Origin: Selaginella moellendorffii
Taxonomy: Eukaryota > Plantae > Lycopodiophyta
Direction: 5' to 3'
Length of the DNA: 64,000 nucleotides
Assembly: GCF_000143415.4 (NCBI RefSeq)
Contig: NW_003314266.1
Span: forward strand, 1,882,463-1,946,462
The notes beneath the pieces were generated by a model, which worked only from the letters and a program-made list of their open reading frames with translations, was not told where the DNA came from and ran no database searches. A program made the position numbers and the translations under genes. Below are positions 11,801 to 24,800 of the stretch, piece after piece. Every line of letters begins with the position of its first letter. Position 1 is the stretch's first letter.

Positions 11801-12637
11801 GGGCAACCCCGCCGGTAGCTCCTCTGGCATGGTATCCTGGAATTGGTCCAGCACCTGTTGGATCACTAAAGGTACTTCTTCTGTTCTTGTCTTTTTGTCA
11901 CTCTTCACCGAGAGTAAGCACAAAAAGGCTGCCTTAGTTCCTTTAGTGAGTTGTCCTCTCGTGGACACCAGGTTTAAGCATGACTCTTTGGCCTTGCTTT
12001 GCCCTACCTTTAGATCCTGGGCCTCCACCCTAGATCTTCTTCCTTGGGCATTCGCCAATACCACAAGGTTCCTACCTTGTCCATGCAGGGCTACCACGAA
12101 CCGATTAAACCAATCCATTCCGAAGATCACGTCAAATCCCGCCATGTCCAAGACGGTGAAATCCATGTCCACTTTCCATGTCCCCACTTCGACTCTCGCT
12201 TGTCGAAGTATCTCATCAGTGCTTTGGCTACCCTGAACAAACTCTATAGTCCTTGGTTCGCCTAGCCGCTGCACCGTTAGTCCAGCTTGCCGGACTATGT
12301 CTGCAGCCACAAAATTATCCGAAGCACCCGTGTCAATAAGGATCTTAACAAAGCTACCTCCGAGCTTCCCTCGGAGGGCTAGTAGATGTCGCGAACGACT
12401 CTCTACCAAAGTTGCTCGTGTAATGAGTAACTTTGAGTTAGGGACTGGATCACATACCTCAGTTTGGACTTCACCCGACTTGATGGCCATATTGGCTCTG
12501 GCCTTCTTCGGGTAGGGACATTCCCTCGAGAAGTGTCCCGCTTCGCCGCAGTTGTAGCATACGTTGTTGCCCACGCTGCTATACGACTTGACCTTCTTAT
12601 CTTTGTGGGTTTGTCTTTTTTCGCTTGACTTCCCCAC
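8885..12637 (-). CDS. pol: Pol polyprotein (zinc knuckle, aspartic protease, RT, RNase H, integrase, chromodomain); integrase split by two predicted introns (9737-9783, 9267-9318)
   Basis: [34 protein letters not shown] zinc motif, [18 protein letters not shown]...VKWKG...TWEPEENL; splicing gives [12 protein letters not shown] and KLTQRFAGPY. Confidence 0.9.
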
Positions 12638-13659
12638 GTACTCGCTCGCTGGCCACCGGCTTTGCCTTTCCGGAACCCCGAGGACTCATTCTTAGAGAAA
12701 CTCTTCTTGAATTTCCCCTTGCTATATGTTCCCCTCGGTTTGGCCCCTTTGTGAAACGTGGATCCCGACCCCGTCATGTTCCCCTTTCGCAGGTTATCGT
12801 TGAAATGCACCTTGATGGCCGCATCCAACGCTTCCTTGTAGTTGGTCGGGTTCCAGCGCATCACCTCACCGCGAGCCCAGGTTTGCAAACCTGATATAAA
12901 GGCATGGAACGCATCCATATCCCCCATGTCCGTGACAAGTATCCTCTTTGCCATGAACCCATTCACATATTCCTGGATGGTTCCAGTCTGCTTCAGCCTA
13001 CTCAACTCATCTCTCAGATGCAGAGTGGCATTCGGAGGAACGTATGTCGCGCGGATCCTCGCCTTCATCATGTCCCAGGTGGCCACCGGTCCTTCGTTGG
13101 CCTCCGTTGTTCTCCACCAAGACTTGGCATTATCTGCCAAGTATGGTTTTGCACATGGGACCTTCACCGAGCTCGGTAACCGCAACGCTCGGAAGTAGTC
13201 CTCCATATCGTAAAACCAATCCTCCACAACATTATAGTCATTCACTCCCTTGAACACCGGTGGGGGCTTTGGTTTGTACTTGGGAACTGCCTGAGGGACT
13301 GATTCCACTTCGGTCTGTTCGACCTTGTCTGGTTTTGCCTCAGTCCCTGCCGAAGGGTCCGCACCTTCTGCGCTGCCAGCATCCGCAGTCTTTCGCTTTT
13401 TCTTCCGCTTCTCGTCACGCTTTAACTTGCGTACGAGAGTCTCCAGCAGGGCATTGGTCTGTGCCAACTGTCCTTCTAGCACGTCCAATCGAGCCTTGGA
13501 CGACCGAACCTCGCCACCGGACTCCTGTTTGGAAGTTTCCTCACTGGAGTCCTCCTCATGCAAGGATTCCTCATCCATAGCCTTTTGTTCAACCGGAGGC
13601 TCCAGCTCCGGCGGAGGTTCCGTCTCCGCCTGGGTTCGCTTACGCCCTGCCCTTGCCAT
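12403..13659 (-). CDS. gag: Gag (retrotransposon capsid)
   Basis: 418-aa ORF just after the PBS with Retrotrans_gag motifs ([21 protein letters not shown]). Confidence 0.9.
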   Translation of the reverse strand: MARAGRKRTQAETEPPPELEPPVEQKAMDEESLHEEDSSEETSKQESGGEVRSSKARLDVLEGQLAQTNALLETLVRKLKRDEKRKKKRKTADAGSAEGADPSAGTEAKPDKVEQTEVESVPQAVPKYKPKPPPVFKGVNDYNVVEDWFYDMEDYFRALRLPSSVKVPCAKPYLADNAKSWWRTTEANEGPVATWDMMKARIRATYVPPNATLHLRDELSRLKQTGTIQEYVNGFMAKRILVTDMGDMDAFHAFISGLQTWARGEVMRWNPTNYKEALDAAIKVHFNDNLRKGNMTGSGSTFHKGAKPRGTYSKGKFKKSFSKNESSGFRKGKAGGQRASTWGSQAKKDKPTKIRRSSRIAAWATTYATTAAKRDTSRGNVPTRRRPEPIWPSSRVKSKLRYVIQSLTQSYSLHEQLW

Positions 13660-13718
13660 CTCCCAGCAATCCGCCTCTATCCTTCGCTAGAACTGAGATA
13701 AAGGCTCCGATACCAAAT

Positions 13719-14843
13719 TGTAAGCCACAAATTTTTCCTTTCCAATTTGCCAGCTTACCTCGTCTATCCGTCCAACACTGCCTTGGCTTTTGCTAAGTTC
13801 CCTTGCCAAGGTTCTCGCCTATGGTACCAGCTCCTACTTGGTTTCAGCTACTCACTGCACGAGCAACGGAGTGTTAGCCATCCTTCCACGGATTCCCAAA
13901 TCACTCCCAATCCCCCTCCCCGGGTTAGACTGGACTTAAGATTCGGCTACACTCCCCGCAAGCACAAGCAGCCAAGCACACCAAGCTTCCAGGTTCCTAA
14001 CATCCCTTGGTACCACAAGACTTGATCATGGGACCCTCTAAATCCCAAGTCTTGAGTGCAACATTTGCTTCGGGACGCCGGGGCGAAACACCGTGGCCTA
14101 ACGGCCCGGTATGGGTACCTCTCGCCCCCCACTTCCATCCCGAAGGAAGGCCCAAGCCCCTAGGAAGGGCGAGGACCAATGAGCCGCATGGTACTCAAGT
14201 GGGGCACCACTCCACATGAGCCGGGAGCACCGCAATCGGTTTCCCTTTCGGGAGTGGGAGCTGCTCTTGAGCACTTCCTTGGATGGCCCCTCCGGCACCA
14301 GCCAAGTCCATGCTCACTCCCACCCAAGGCCCCTTAGTCCCAGTCCCAACCTCAAGTCGGTTTGGAAGCCCAACTGGAGAGTCCCTTCAAAACTGGTTCC
14401 TGGACCTCACTATCCCTACTATACTTTTGGAACCCCCTACAGCCCCCCCCCCCCTGGGGGACGCACGCTTTGGGCTTTCACCCCTTGACCCGTATTAGTA
14501 TTTGGACTTAGTCTCTGGCTCGATCTCGGATCCGATTTCGGATCCGACTTCGGATTCGGTCTCGGACTCGATCGCGGACTCGATCTCGGACCCGATCTCG
14601 GGCCCGACCTCGGACTCGACTTCGGACTCGGTCTCGGACCCGATTTCGGATCTCGGACTCCATCTCGAACTCGGTCCCCGAGTCGGTCTTGGACTCGATT
14701 CCGGACTCTATCTCGAACTCGGTCCTAGAGTCGGTCTTGGACTCGATCTTTGACTTGGTCCCATCCGATGAACTCTTTGTCATTTTGGTCATGCTTTCGG
14801 GGTTCCCTTAGCCTACGACACCTCGGCGAGTTGGTTCCTTACA
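13719..14843 (-). repeat. 5' LTR of element B
   Basis: Adjacent to the PBS; followed by TSD GAGGT. Confidence 0.96.
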
Positions 14844-14848
14844 GAGGT

Positions 14849-16985
14849 ACTTTGACAAACAAGAGTCGAAGTAAGGACATGGAAAGTAGATATGAATTTC
14901 ACCATATTGGATATGGCTGGATTTGACGTAATCTTTGGAATGGATTAATTCAATCGGTTTGTGGTAGCCCTACATGGACAAGATAGGGCTTGTCCTATGT
15001 TGTCCTAGTGTCCAGTGTCCAGGAAAAGAACAACTCACTAAAGCAACCAAGGCAACATTTTTGTGCTTACTCTTGATGAGGAGTGACAAAAAGACAGAAC
15101 CAAAAGAAGTACCTTTAGTGATCTAGCGGGTGTTTGACCAATTCCAATTTACCATGCTAGAGGAGCTACCAACTGGGTTACCCCCCAAACGACTAATAGA
15201 ACATAATATCGAGCTGGTCGAAGGTGCTAAGGCAGTGATTTGTACCTCCTATCAGTTGAACGAAAAGGAACTTGAAGAGCTCAAATGCCAACTTGAGGAG
15301 TTAATGAAAATAAGTTAAGCAAGTCACTGTATGGTGCACTAGTGTTATTTGTGAAAAAAAAAAGATAGATCTATGTGCATGTGCATAGACTACCAATTGC
15401 TCAACAAGTATTCAAAGAAGAACAAGTACCCTTTACCAAAGATTGAGGACTTATTTGATAGATTGGGAAAGGCAAAATACTTCTTAAGGATCGACCTAAG
15501 GTTAGGATACTACCAGATCAAGGTAACAGAGGAAGATGTCAAAAAGACAACCTATCAGACAAGGTATGGAAGCTTCAAGTTTCTAATAATGCCCTTTGGG
15601 CTATGCAATGCACCAGCAACGTTTTTAATGTTGATGAGCCATATTTTTGTACCCTATCTGGATCACTTCATGATCATTTACATTGATGACATCTTAATTT
15701 ATAGCGAAACGCTAAAGGAGCATGTTGAACACTTGATGAAGGTGTTTGAGAAATTAAGGGAACACCAACTGTATGCTAAAGAGAGCAAATATAACTTTGT
15801 TTAACAAAGGGTAAAGTTTCTCGGGCATGTGGTGGGCAAAGACGGGCTCAAGGTGGACCCTAACAACAAAGGCAAACTAAATATGCGAACTAAAAGTGCT
15901 GGGATGTAAGGTTTAAACCTGAAAAGAAGGTGTGGCTAAACACCAAGAACCCAAGGCTACCAAGTGGGATCAGCCGAAAGTTGACTCAAAGGTAAAAATA
16001 CATATATTCCTGTAAATGAACTAATCTTGAGTTCCTTGAGCAAATTCACAGAGCCTTACGAGATTGAGGCACGAATTGGTAAGGTGGCTTACCGCCTCCG
16101 ACTTCCTCGAGAGACGGGGAAGATGCACCCTATGTTCCATATGAACTTACTCAAACCGTACTTTGAAGATTCACTTCGCAAGGACCAAATAAAACCTTTA
16201 CTTGAGGTTATCAAAGGGGAAGAGGAATACAAAATTGAGGCCATCCTTAATATGTGTAAGAGTAAATGACAAAGATACGAGATGAAGGAATTCCATGTGA
16301 AGTGGAAAGGATTTCCATACTGCGAAACAACATAGGAACCAAAGGAGAATCTAGCAAACGCACGGGATTTATTGAAGGAATTTTTGCAAGGTAAAACTGC
16401 ATGTACTTATTCAAAGTTTAATTAAAGAATTTATTTTGAGAAATTGAGCAATGTTGTATGTTGAGACCCAAAGGCATGCCGAAGGTAAGCTAATTAGCAT
16501 GGGTTAGTTAGGTCAACTAGGCGTAGGGAACTATGCCCAACTCCCCATGAGGATATCGAATCCGTAAACATATTTTACGGAAGTTAAATTCAAGTCTCAA
16601 CCCTCTAGTAAAGCAAGGCTGGGTTCAAGTCCCAACCCCATACTAGAATGTGGTGAGGGGAGGGGTATAAGGACACCTATATTCTATTGTCATGGGCTCT
16701 TGGCTGGGGAGGCTAATTTAGGCATATTGCTAAATGGGGGGATGCCTTCAGAGACATGATCAACAAGTTGTAGGATTAAAAAAAGGTGTTTGATGTGGGT
16801 ATCAAACTTCTTTTATGGGTGGTGGAGTTGTAAGGAACCAACTCCCCGAGGTGTCGAACGCTAAAGGATCCCCAAAAGCACAACCAAAATGATAAAAAGT
16901 TTATCAGATGAAACCAAATCTAAGATCAAATCCAAGACCGACTCTGAGACCAAGTTCAAGACCAAGTCCGAGATCGAGTTCAAGA
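14849..16985 (+). mobile_element. Element C part 2: decayed PR/RT, large deletion of RH/IN core, GPY and chromodomain, structured 3' region, PPT, start of 3' LTR (16829)
   Basis: Homologous to element B in the opposite orientation; many stops; deletion junction near 15860; TGTAAGGAACC follows the PPT. Confidence 0.88.
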
Positions 16986-16989
16986 ACTC

Positions 16990-19043
16990 TATTTATGGAT
17001 GATAAACATTTATAATAGTGTGGTGTATCCCTAGCCAAGGTGTTAAATATAAAATTCCTCAACCATAAATGTGGGACTATTATCCAAGAGAATCTGCTCT
17101 AGATAAGATTGTTGGAACACCACTTGATTGAGAAGGAAGTATTCAACAGCAGTTGCAAATACACTAGTAAGACCACCAACTTCCACCAAGTGAGTCAAGT
17201 AATTAAAAGCAATAATGATATATGTAAGCTCCTAAATTTGAACTTCCCGAGAGGTCACCTAGCTAGTACTATTCAAACTCAAGGACACCCAAATATCCCA
17301 AGACCCTTAACCGATTGGAAAAAGGGGTGCACTTTTGTTCATGGGCACTTTCCCTTTATATTTAAACCCCATGGATCGTCTCTCAAGTCGTTCCCTTTGG
17401 TTGCTTACAATCCACCATGCTTCCCTACAAGTTCATGCCCTAGTGAACGGAAGCTGAGATCCACAGCTCTCCCGAAAGCCTCACTCTCTTGACACCTTAC
17501 TCTTCGGGTCGAGCCTAGCAGGAGCAAACTGGACCAACCAGCTCTCAATCAACATGTGGTGTGATTCTCTTAACCACCCAACAGAGTCAGACCCAAGACC
17601 TCTGTGATTCCCTTAGCCAACCAACAGAGTCGGACCCAAGACCTTTCTAATACTAAATGTAAGCTCTTGAATTTAAACTTCCCAGGAGGTCACCCAGCCC
17701 AATACTATTCAAACTCAAGGATGTTTAACCCCAAATATCCCAAGACTTTTAACCGATTGGAAAAGGGGGTGCACTTTTGTTCATGAGTCCTTTCCATTTA
17801 TATTTGAACCCTATGGATCATCTCTTAAGTCGTTCTCTTTGGTTGCTTACAATATACTCATTGCCAGTAGTCGACCATAGAAAAAACCCTATTAAATAAA
17901 ATGTTATCAATTCAAATAAATGGGAAATTAAAATTGACTCTAACTATCCTTCTATAACACGAGAAGAGTATTACGAGCTTGGCACAAAAGATAGTTATAT
18001 ACATACTAGATAACATCATATTGCATCTCCAGTAAATAGAAAGACCCTGTGTATACGATGATGTTTTAAATGCCCACATAGAATAGGAGAATCATAGTAA
18101 GTATAAAGAAACCGTGGAATAAAGATTGAAAGCACCACCAGCCATAAATGATCATTAAAATCTGTGCCCACAAAATAAATAAGGTCGTCTTTAAAGCAAT
18201 ATTGAGAATGTAAGTGCTAAAATGGCAAGTCATTAGTAAGTGATGCAAGATTCTTAAATCCATCATAAAGCTTTCAAATCTAAGGATTAACTTTTTAAGT
18301 TTTATAAACCTCATCAAATAAGGTAAATCTTGTTCCACACCTTATAGACACTTAATATTAAGTACAATAACCATAAATGGTATAGAATCCTTGTCTAGAA
18401 AATCTATAAACACTAGAATAATAAGCTGATCAAGAACAACGAAGAAGGGAGAGAAGCTCGAGAAAGGGTATTAACATTTACTATAAAACTCTATATGCAA
18501 TAAATAACTTTAAAATCATATATCTGAAACTTCAAGGTCAAATAAACAATACAATAATAATGTTTTTTTGCTTCAATAACAAAGTTATTATAGAGTAGTT
18601 CAACTCTGCTAGTTGATGTATATAATGGGATGGTGCTAACAAGGCACACTCGAACTCTCTTGCATCAACATACCTTTAATACTAATATCAAAAACATCCA
18701 TATGTAAAATGAAAAGTCAAATGTTGTCAGGATATACCAAGATTAAAAGAGTCATTCATAGCTCTTTAGGATCCGTAAATGCCCGCTCACAGCCTACAAA
18801 CCAAATGAAACACAATGTTAACAACTTCAATAACATTTACAATCATGTAATATAATTAGAAAGATGATCAACAAAATAATTGAGATATTACATATTGCCT
18901 AAAAATCATTACACATCATTTACACACTTTAGAGTATGGAATTTTAGAACAGCCACAGGTTTGTCATAATCAATTTACAAACTTTCATAAAAAATATAAT
19001 ACCTTACCCTTCAACTGCTTCAACTTTAAACCAACTTCCAACA
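16990..19043 (-). pseudogene. Highly decayed gypsy RNase H/integrase remnants (different family)
   Basis: Similar to 19772-20480 and, inverted, to 35135-36250; no intact ORF. Confidence 0.55.
17223..17851 (-). mobile_element. Cassandra-like TRIM with 5S rRNA-derived LTRs
   Basis: ~190-bp TG...CA LTRs at 17223-17409 and 17658-17851; TSD ATATA on both sides; minus strand reads GTTAAACATCCTTGAGTTTGAATAGTATTGGGCTGGGTGACCTCCTGGGAAGT, matching the plant 5S A-box/IE/C-box region; degenerate PBS and PPT. Confidence 0.88.
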
Positions 19044-19771
19044 TATAAAGAACCAACTCCCTAAGGTGTTTTAGGCTAAAGGATCCCCAAAAGCATGACC
19101 AAAATGATAAAGAGTTCATCGGATGAGACCAACTTCGAGATCAAATCCAAGACAGACTATAAAACCAAGTTCGAGACCGAGTTTAAGATCAAGTCCAAGA
19201 CCAAAGGCCACCCAAGGAAGTGCTCAAAAACAGCTCTCACTCCTAGAAGGGAAACCGACTACAATGCTCCCGGCTTATGTGAAGTGGTGCCCCACTTGAG
19301 TACCTTGCAGCTCATTGGTCCTCACGCTTCTTAGGGGCTTAAGCCTCCCCTTTGGGATGGAAGTGGGGGAGTATGGGTACCCATACTGGGCTGTTAGGCC
19401 ACGCTGTTTCCCCCCGGTGTCCCAAAGCAAGTGTTACACCCAAGACTTGGGATTTAGAAAGTTTCATGATCAAGTTTTATTGTATCAAGGGATGTTAGAA
19501 ATCTTGAGGCTTGGTGTGTTTGTGGGGAGTGTAACCAAACCTTAAGTCCAGTCTAACCTGGGGAGGGGGATTGGGAGAAATTTGGGAATCCATGGATAGA
19601 TGGGTAACGCTCTATTGCTTGTGCAATGAGTAGCTGAAACTAAGTAGAACCAAGTAAGAGTTAGTACAATAGGCAGGAGCCTTGGCAAGGAAGCTTTGCT
19701 AAGACTAAAGCAGTGTTGGTCGGATAGACAAGGTAAGTTGGTAAACTGAAAGGAAAAATTTGTGGCTTACA
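19044..19771 (+). repeat. Degenerate, internally deleted LTR of the element B/C family
   Basis: Starts TATAAAGAACC (from TGTAAGGAACC) and ends TTTGTGGCTTACA; no matching TSD seen. Confidence 0.8.
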
Positions 19772-22700
19772 TTCACGTACTTTGCGATCATCCCTTTGAA
19801 TGTCTGAATGAGCCTTTCCACCAAACTGTCTGACTGTGGGTGATAAATACTCATGAAAGTTTGTAGTATCTCTAACCGAAACGTCAAAACATGAAATGCC
19901 TCAGCCATAAATGCAAGACCATCATCTGAAAAAATCCACTTTAGACAAGATTGCTAGAATACCACTCATTTAAGGAAGAAGTACCTAACAATAATTGTGA
20001 AGGTGCTAGCAAAAACACAAACTTCCACCCAATAAGTCAAGTTTCTTAAAACTCCAAACTCCTGCTAAACACTCCTTCTCTATCGTGGAGTAATTCACCT
20101 CCACTAGTTGTAATATACAGTTGATGTATGCAATAGGATGACATTAACCAGGCACACTCGGGCTCTCTTGCATCAATACACGTCTAAGACCAATATCAGA
20201 AGCATCCACGTGCAAAATGAAAGGTCAACTGTAGTCAAAATACGCCAAAACTAGAAAAGTTGTTAATATCTCTTTAAAATCCATGAACACCCACTCACAA
20301 TCTGCAGACCAAATAAAAGATGATGTTGATGACTTCAACAACACTGGCAACAGTGTAGTGCAATCAAAAAAATGATCCATAAAACAACTAAGATACTACA
20401 CCTTGCTTAGGAAGTGTTGCATATCATTCACACACTTCAAAGTAGGGAACTTTAAAACAGCCACAAGTTTGTTAAGATCAACTTTGTAAACTCTCATAAG
20501 AAATATAGTACTTAAGATAAGTCGAGTCCTTAAACCTAAACACGCACATCAATTGCTTCAACTTTAAACCAATGTCCCGTAAATGATCCAACACTTTACA
20601 AACATTACAAATGTGTTCCTCCCATGTCCCCTCTGAGTGGATCAAAACATCATCAATGATGTTAGTAGTCATTTCTGTCATATCACAAAGAACTTCATCC
20701 ATCATCTGCTAAAAAATCTTTAGACCGCTATTCAAACCAAACAACATCACCAAGAATTTGTATAAACCAAATGGTGTACAAAAAGAAGTTTTAGGAATAT
20801 CACCTTTGGCCATCAGTATGTGAGACACAAAATCCCTAGGCCCCAAAGTGGAGCCGGAAGGGCGCCACGTGGTAGTGGCCGAAGCGAAAGCCAAACGAGC
20901 GTAACACGTTTGGACTAAAAGCTCCGACTTGAAAGGTCAAGAGCAAGAGTGGAACTCCCAACAAAGTGCTCAAGGAATGAGCACGAAGCGAACAATAAGC
21001 AAGGCTCTAAAAAGGGACCCAAAAGGACCAACACATGACACGTGGAAGTATCCGAGATGGACCCAAGTTGGAGTCCGAGGTGGACCCGAGATGGAGTCCG
21101 AGATGGACCCGAGTTGGAGTCTGAGGTGGACCCGAGATGGGGTCCGAGATGGAGTCCGAGATGGACCCAAGATGGAGTCCAAAATGGAGTCCGAGATGGA
21201 GGCCGAGATGGACCCGAGTTGGAGTCCAAGGTGGACCCGAGATGAAATCCGAGATGGACCCAAGATGGAGTCCGAGATGGAGTCCGAGATGGACCCGAGA
21301 TAGAGTCCAAGATGGAGTTCGAGATGGACCCGAGATGGAGTCTGAGATGGAGTCCAAGATGGACCCGAGATGGAATCCAAGATGGAGTCCGAGAGGACCC
21401 GAGATGGAGTCCGAGGTCGAGACCGAGACTGGGACCGAGACCGAGACCGAGACCGGGACCGGGACCGAGACCAAGACCAAGATTGGGACCGAGATCGAGA
21501 CCGAGGCCGAGGCCGAGACCAAGCCCGAGTCCAAGTCCGAGTCCGAGTCCGAGTTCAAGTCCAAGTCTGAGAGGGTGAAAGCCTAAAGCGTTCGTCTCCT
21601 AGACCCTGGGGGGTTTGGTGAGCTCCAAAAGTATAGTAAGGGGGAGGACTACAGTGGAGCCAGTTTGGCCAGGAAAGGCCGGTTTGGCCAGGAAAGGCCG
21701 GTTTGGCCTAGGAATGCTGTACCTAGTGTTGGGTGATGAGCTGCCCACTAGGAAGTCCAAGACTAGAGTGAACACAGACCGACAAGCGGGGTAGCTTGGT
21801 GAAGTGTTCGAGAGCTGGCTCTAGTTCCCCCGGGAGATCGACTGGCTAATGCTCCTAGTCCAAGTGTGGGTGGCACTATCTACTTGGATACCAAGTGTGG
21901 CTCAACGGAACCTCGCTCTAAGCCCATGGATAGAGCACCCAAAGGCGAAAGGCAGGGAGAGTACCCATGAGGCTTGCGTAAGGCCACGGTGTTCCGAAAT
22001 ATTGTCCCAAAGGCCTAGACTGTGGAAAGGAAAAGGAGTAGTCCTTTGGTGTAGTGACCAAGGATACAATCATGTGGTGAAGAAGTCCTAGAGGACCATG
22101 GGACTTAATAGACAAGCCTATAGGCCTTGATCCAGTGGCAGTGTTGGCGAACACAGCCATGGGCAAAAAAGGACTTGGTGGGGACAAGAAAGAGGATATT
22201 GGGGAAGGCTATTCCCCATGTCTATGGGCATCCTAAGGATGCTAAGGAGTGGATCTAGGATGATCACTCATGGATGGATGGCCCAGTCTTTGAGAGACAG
22301 GACTGTGATGTAGGTGGTGTCAGACCACCGATGTGACTAATGTGAATAAGCATCGCCTTAGCATAACGGGCCAATATGTCGGTGATACCTTGGGGTGTCA
22401 GTCATGGGATCGGACACGTGGAGCACTTGGACCAAGTGCAAAGGTTGAGTGATGAGGATGCCATTCTCGGGGTTAGTAAGCCTAAGTCCAAAATAGGACT
22501 TATGGAGGTTGTGAGTGAGACTCCTCAAAGTGGTCGGAGGTGTAGTTAAGTGACTAAAGTAGAATGGAAAAATTAGTCGCTTACACAGTACTTTCTAGTA
22601 CCTAAAAGCAAGATTTAGCTTGGTGAATTAACAACTTCTCCTTAGACAATATAAGAGATGAGCAATGTGAAGAAGAGGGTACACATCAGTGATCGTCACC

Positions 22701-24800
22701 TCTTTTAATTAACGATAGTTGATGCAGAAACGAATACTTCCATCAAGCTTTGGCACTAGATGAGGTTCACATGCCCAAGGACTCCACGACTTTCAAATAA
22801 CACCCTTTTCCAACATGTCCTTGATGTTTGCATATAAAATCTTGATCTTTTTTGGTGACCAACGATGAATACAAACCTTGATTGGACGAGCATCCCCAGT
22901 TGGAATCAGATGACGTGTGGCAATCTTGGCCCCAAATGATAAGTCAAATTCAAAGAAATTGGCATATTCCTTCATGAGCCGGTCAACCGCTACAACACAA
23001 AGACTATCGAAGGGATCAAAAAAAGAAAGAGTGGAATATAGGAAACATAGAAACATAGAAATATAGAAGGTAATGGGGAGACAAAAGTAGTGGAAGCAAA
23101 GGTAGAATTAAAGTGATGAAAAAATATGGAAGTGAGAGGAATAAATGAAATATAAAAAAGTATAAAACAAGGGCAAGAAGCCTCAAAGTCACACTTAACA
23201 CGATTGTGCTGCAATCAATTTATACTAAGGATTAGGTCAAAAGTTTGACTCGGCACCACCCACAACGATTGCAACCCAAGCTCAAGATAGCCCATATGCA
23301 CAAGTAGGTTTACCTCATCCCATTCATATATATGTGTATGACTATTGCCATAAAGAATGAAAAATGGCTCTATCTCACAATACAAATCTAGACAGCAACG
23401 TGTGGCAACCGGTCGAGTATTAAAAAATAAACTCAAATTTATATCAACCAATACGGAGAGAATAATAGGACCTTTTGTTATAATAACGAGCTTGGAAAGT
23501 AAATACTAGATGAATTGGTGCTGAATGAACCCCTTGATGATACTCTCAAAAAAAATATGGAGATGTCATTGATTTATTCACGCAAGGTCCCTCCATTAGT
23601 TGTGCAACTTCTCATTTCCTGGATGCATCTCGGTATCCAGACCTTCCACTACAACAACACCAACAGGATATTATTGATGCCAAGGTTTCCACCCAAGAAA
23701 TGGAGCCAACCAACCTGGAAAATGTCGATAATGCCAATAAGTGTGACTAACTTTATCACATGCACAACAACAAATATCACGGCCACGACTACGTCCTCGC
23801 CCTTGTCCTTAAACTCAAGCAACAACAGCATTAACTTCCATTAGAACAAGACTATCTCTCACATGAAGTGGAACTGAAGGATATGTAGTAAGAAGTGGAA
23901 GAGGTGACGTCTCATATTGTTGTGCCAAATGAAGGGCATCATCAAGGGTAGTTGGAGCAAGTGCATGCAAAAATCTTACAAGATCTTGATAAAGTGTTTG
24001 CCACAACATTCCCAATTTGATCCACTCCAACATATTTAGATCCACACAAAGCAAGAAGTTTCAGAAACGAATGCCAAATTGCATCACTAACTCAGATGGC
24101 TCTTAATAAAAACAATATAATTATTGGAATGCATCATCACAATCATCAGTATGTTTAAATGCATGTTTGAAGATATCTAGGAGAATACTCTAATCCCCAT
24201 GAGTGGCTACACTTAAAAAATTATACCACTGTACTGCTGTCCCTTGGAGACACGTGGGAAACTCACACAAACGTCAAGTATCATCCTAAAAATGATACGT
24301 GGCAATCACTGTGAAGTGATCAAACCAATGGTACACATCATCCTCATAATTCCCACAAAATAACTCCAGCCGAATATGAAAATTGGCACCAAGAGCAAGA
24401 GAAATTGTGCCATGTGCTTTGAATGCCACCATCAACTAAGCTTGAATGTTCAATTGCAATCACACAGCATCAAACAATTGCACCAACTGCTACTCTAGAC
24501 TCAAATGAAAAGAAGACAGCAAAAAAGAAAAGAAATGAAAAAAGGCTAGAAGCAAAAGGAAATTTAAACAATAGAAAAGCTAAATCTAAACCAAAATCCC
24601 AAATTCAAGCATTTTTTAGGGACAATCAAAATTTCCCCTCATCTCTATCAATATGAAAGCATGGAATATGAAAAAGGAATACAGAAAATGTGTATATGAA
24701 TTAGCCCAAAAACCCTAGTTTATATATAAGAGCGAATGGTTTGGATTAAAATTAATCTGATGGCTACCAAAATCCCACTATGTTAATATTAGCATACTTC
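19772..24800 (-). mobile_element. Decayed Ty3/gypsy element D (gag-PR-RT-RH-IN remnants), interrupted by a solo LTR
   Basis: RT remnants RPIKV, KTSFCTPFGLYKFLVMLFGL, IIDDVLIHS; probable short LTR at ~24650-24800 is inverted-homologous to 36597-36741. Confidence 0.7.
20819..22585 (+). mobile_element. Solo LTR of the element A family
   Basis: TG...CA ends, perfect TSD CAGTA (20814-20818, 22586-22590), inserted in the RT of element D. Confidence 0.95.

Larger units (their letters stand above)
7332..14843 (-). mobile_element. Full-length Ty3/gypsy chromovirus LTR retrotransposon (element B)
   Basis: TG...CA LTRs at 7332-8479 and 13719-14843; 5-bp TSD GAGGT (7327-7331, 14844-14848); PBS TGGTATCGGAGCC at 13703-13715; PPT 8480-8493; domain order gag-PR-RT-RH-IN-chromodomain. 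Confidence 0.97.

Noticed and set aside
12575-12645. An intron repairing the gag/pol frameshift (GTACGT...ATAGCAG)
   Set aside because: Purine-rich, and both candidate acceptors leave the product in the gag frame.
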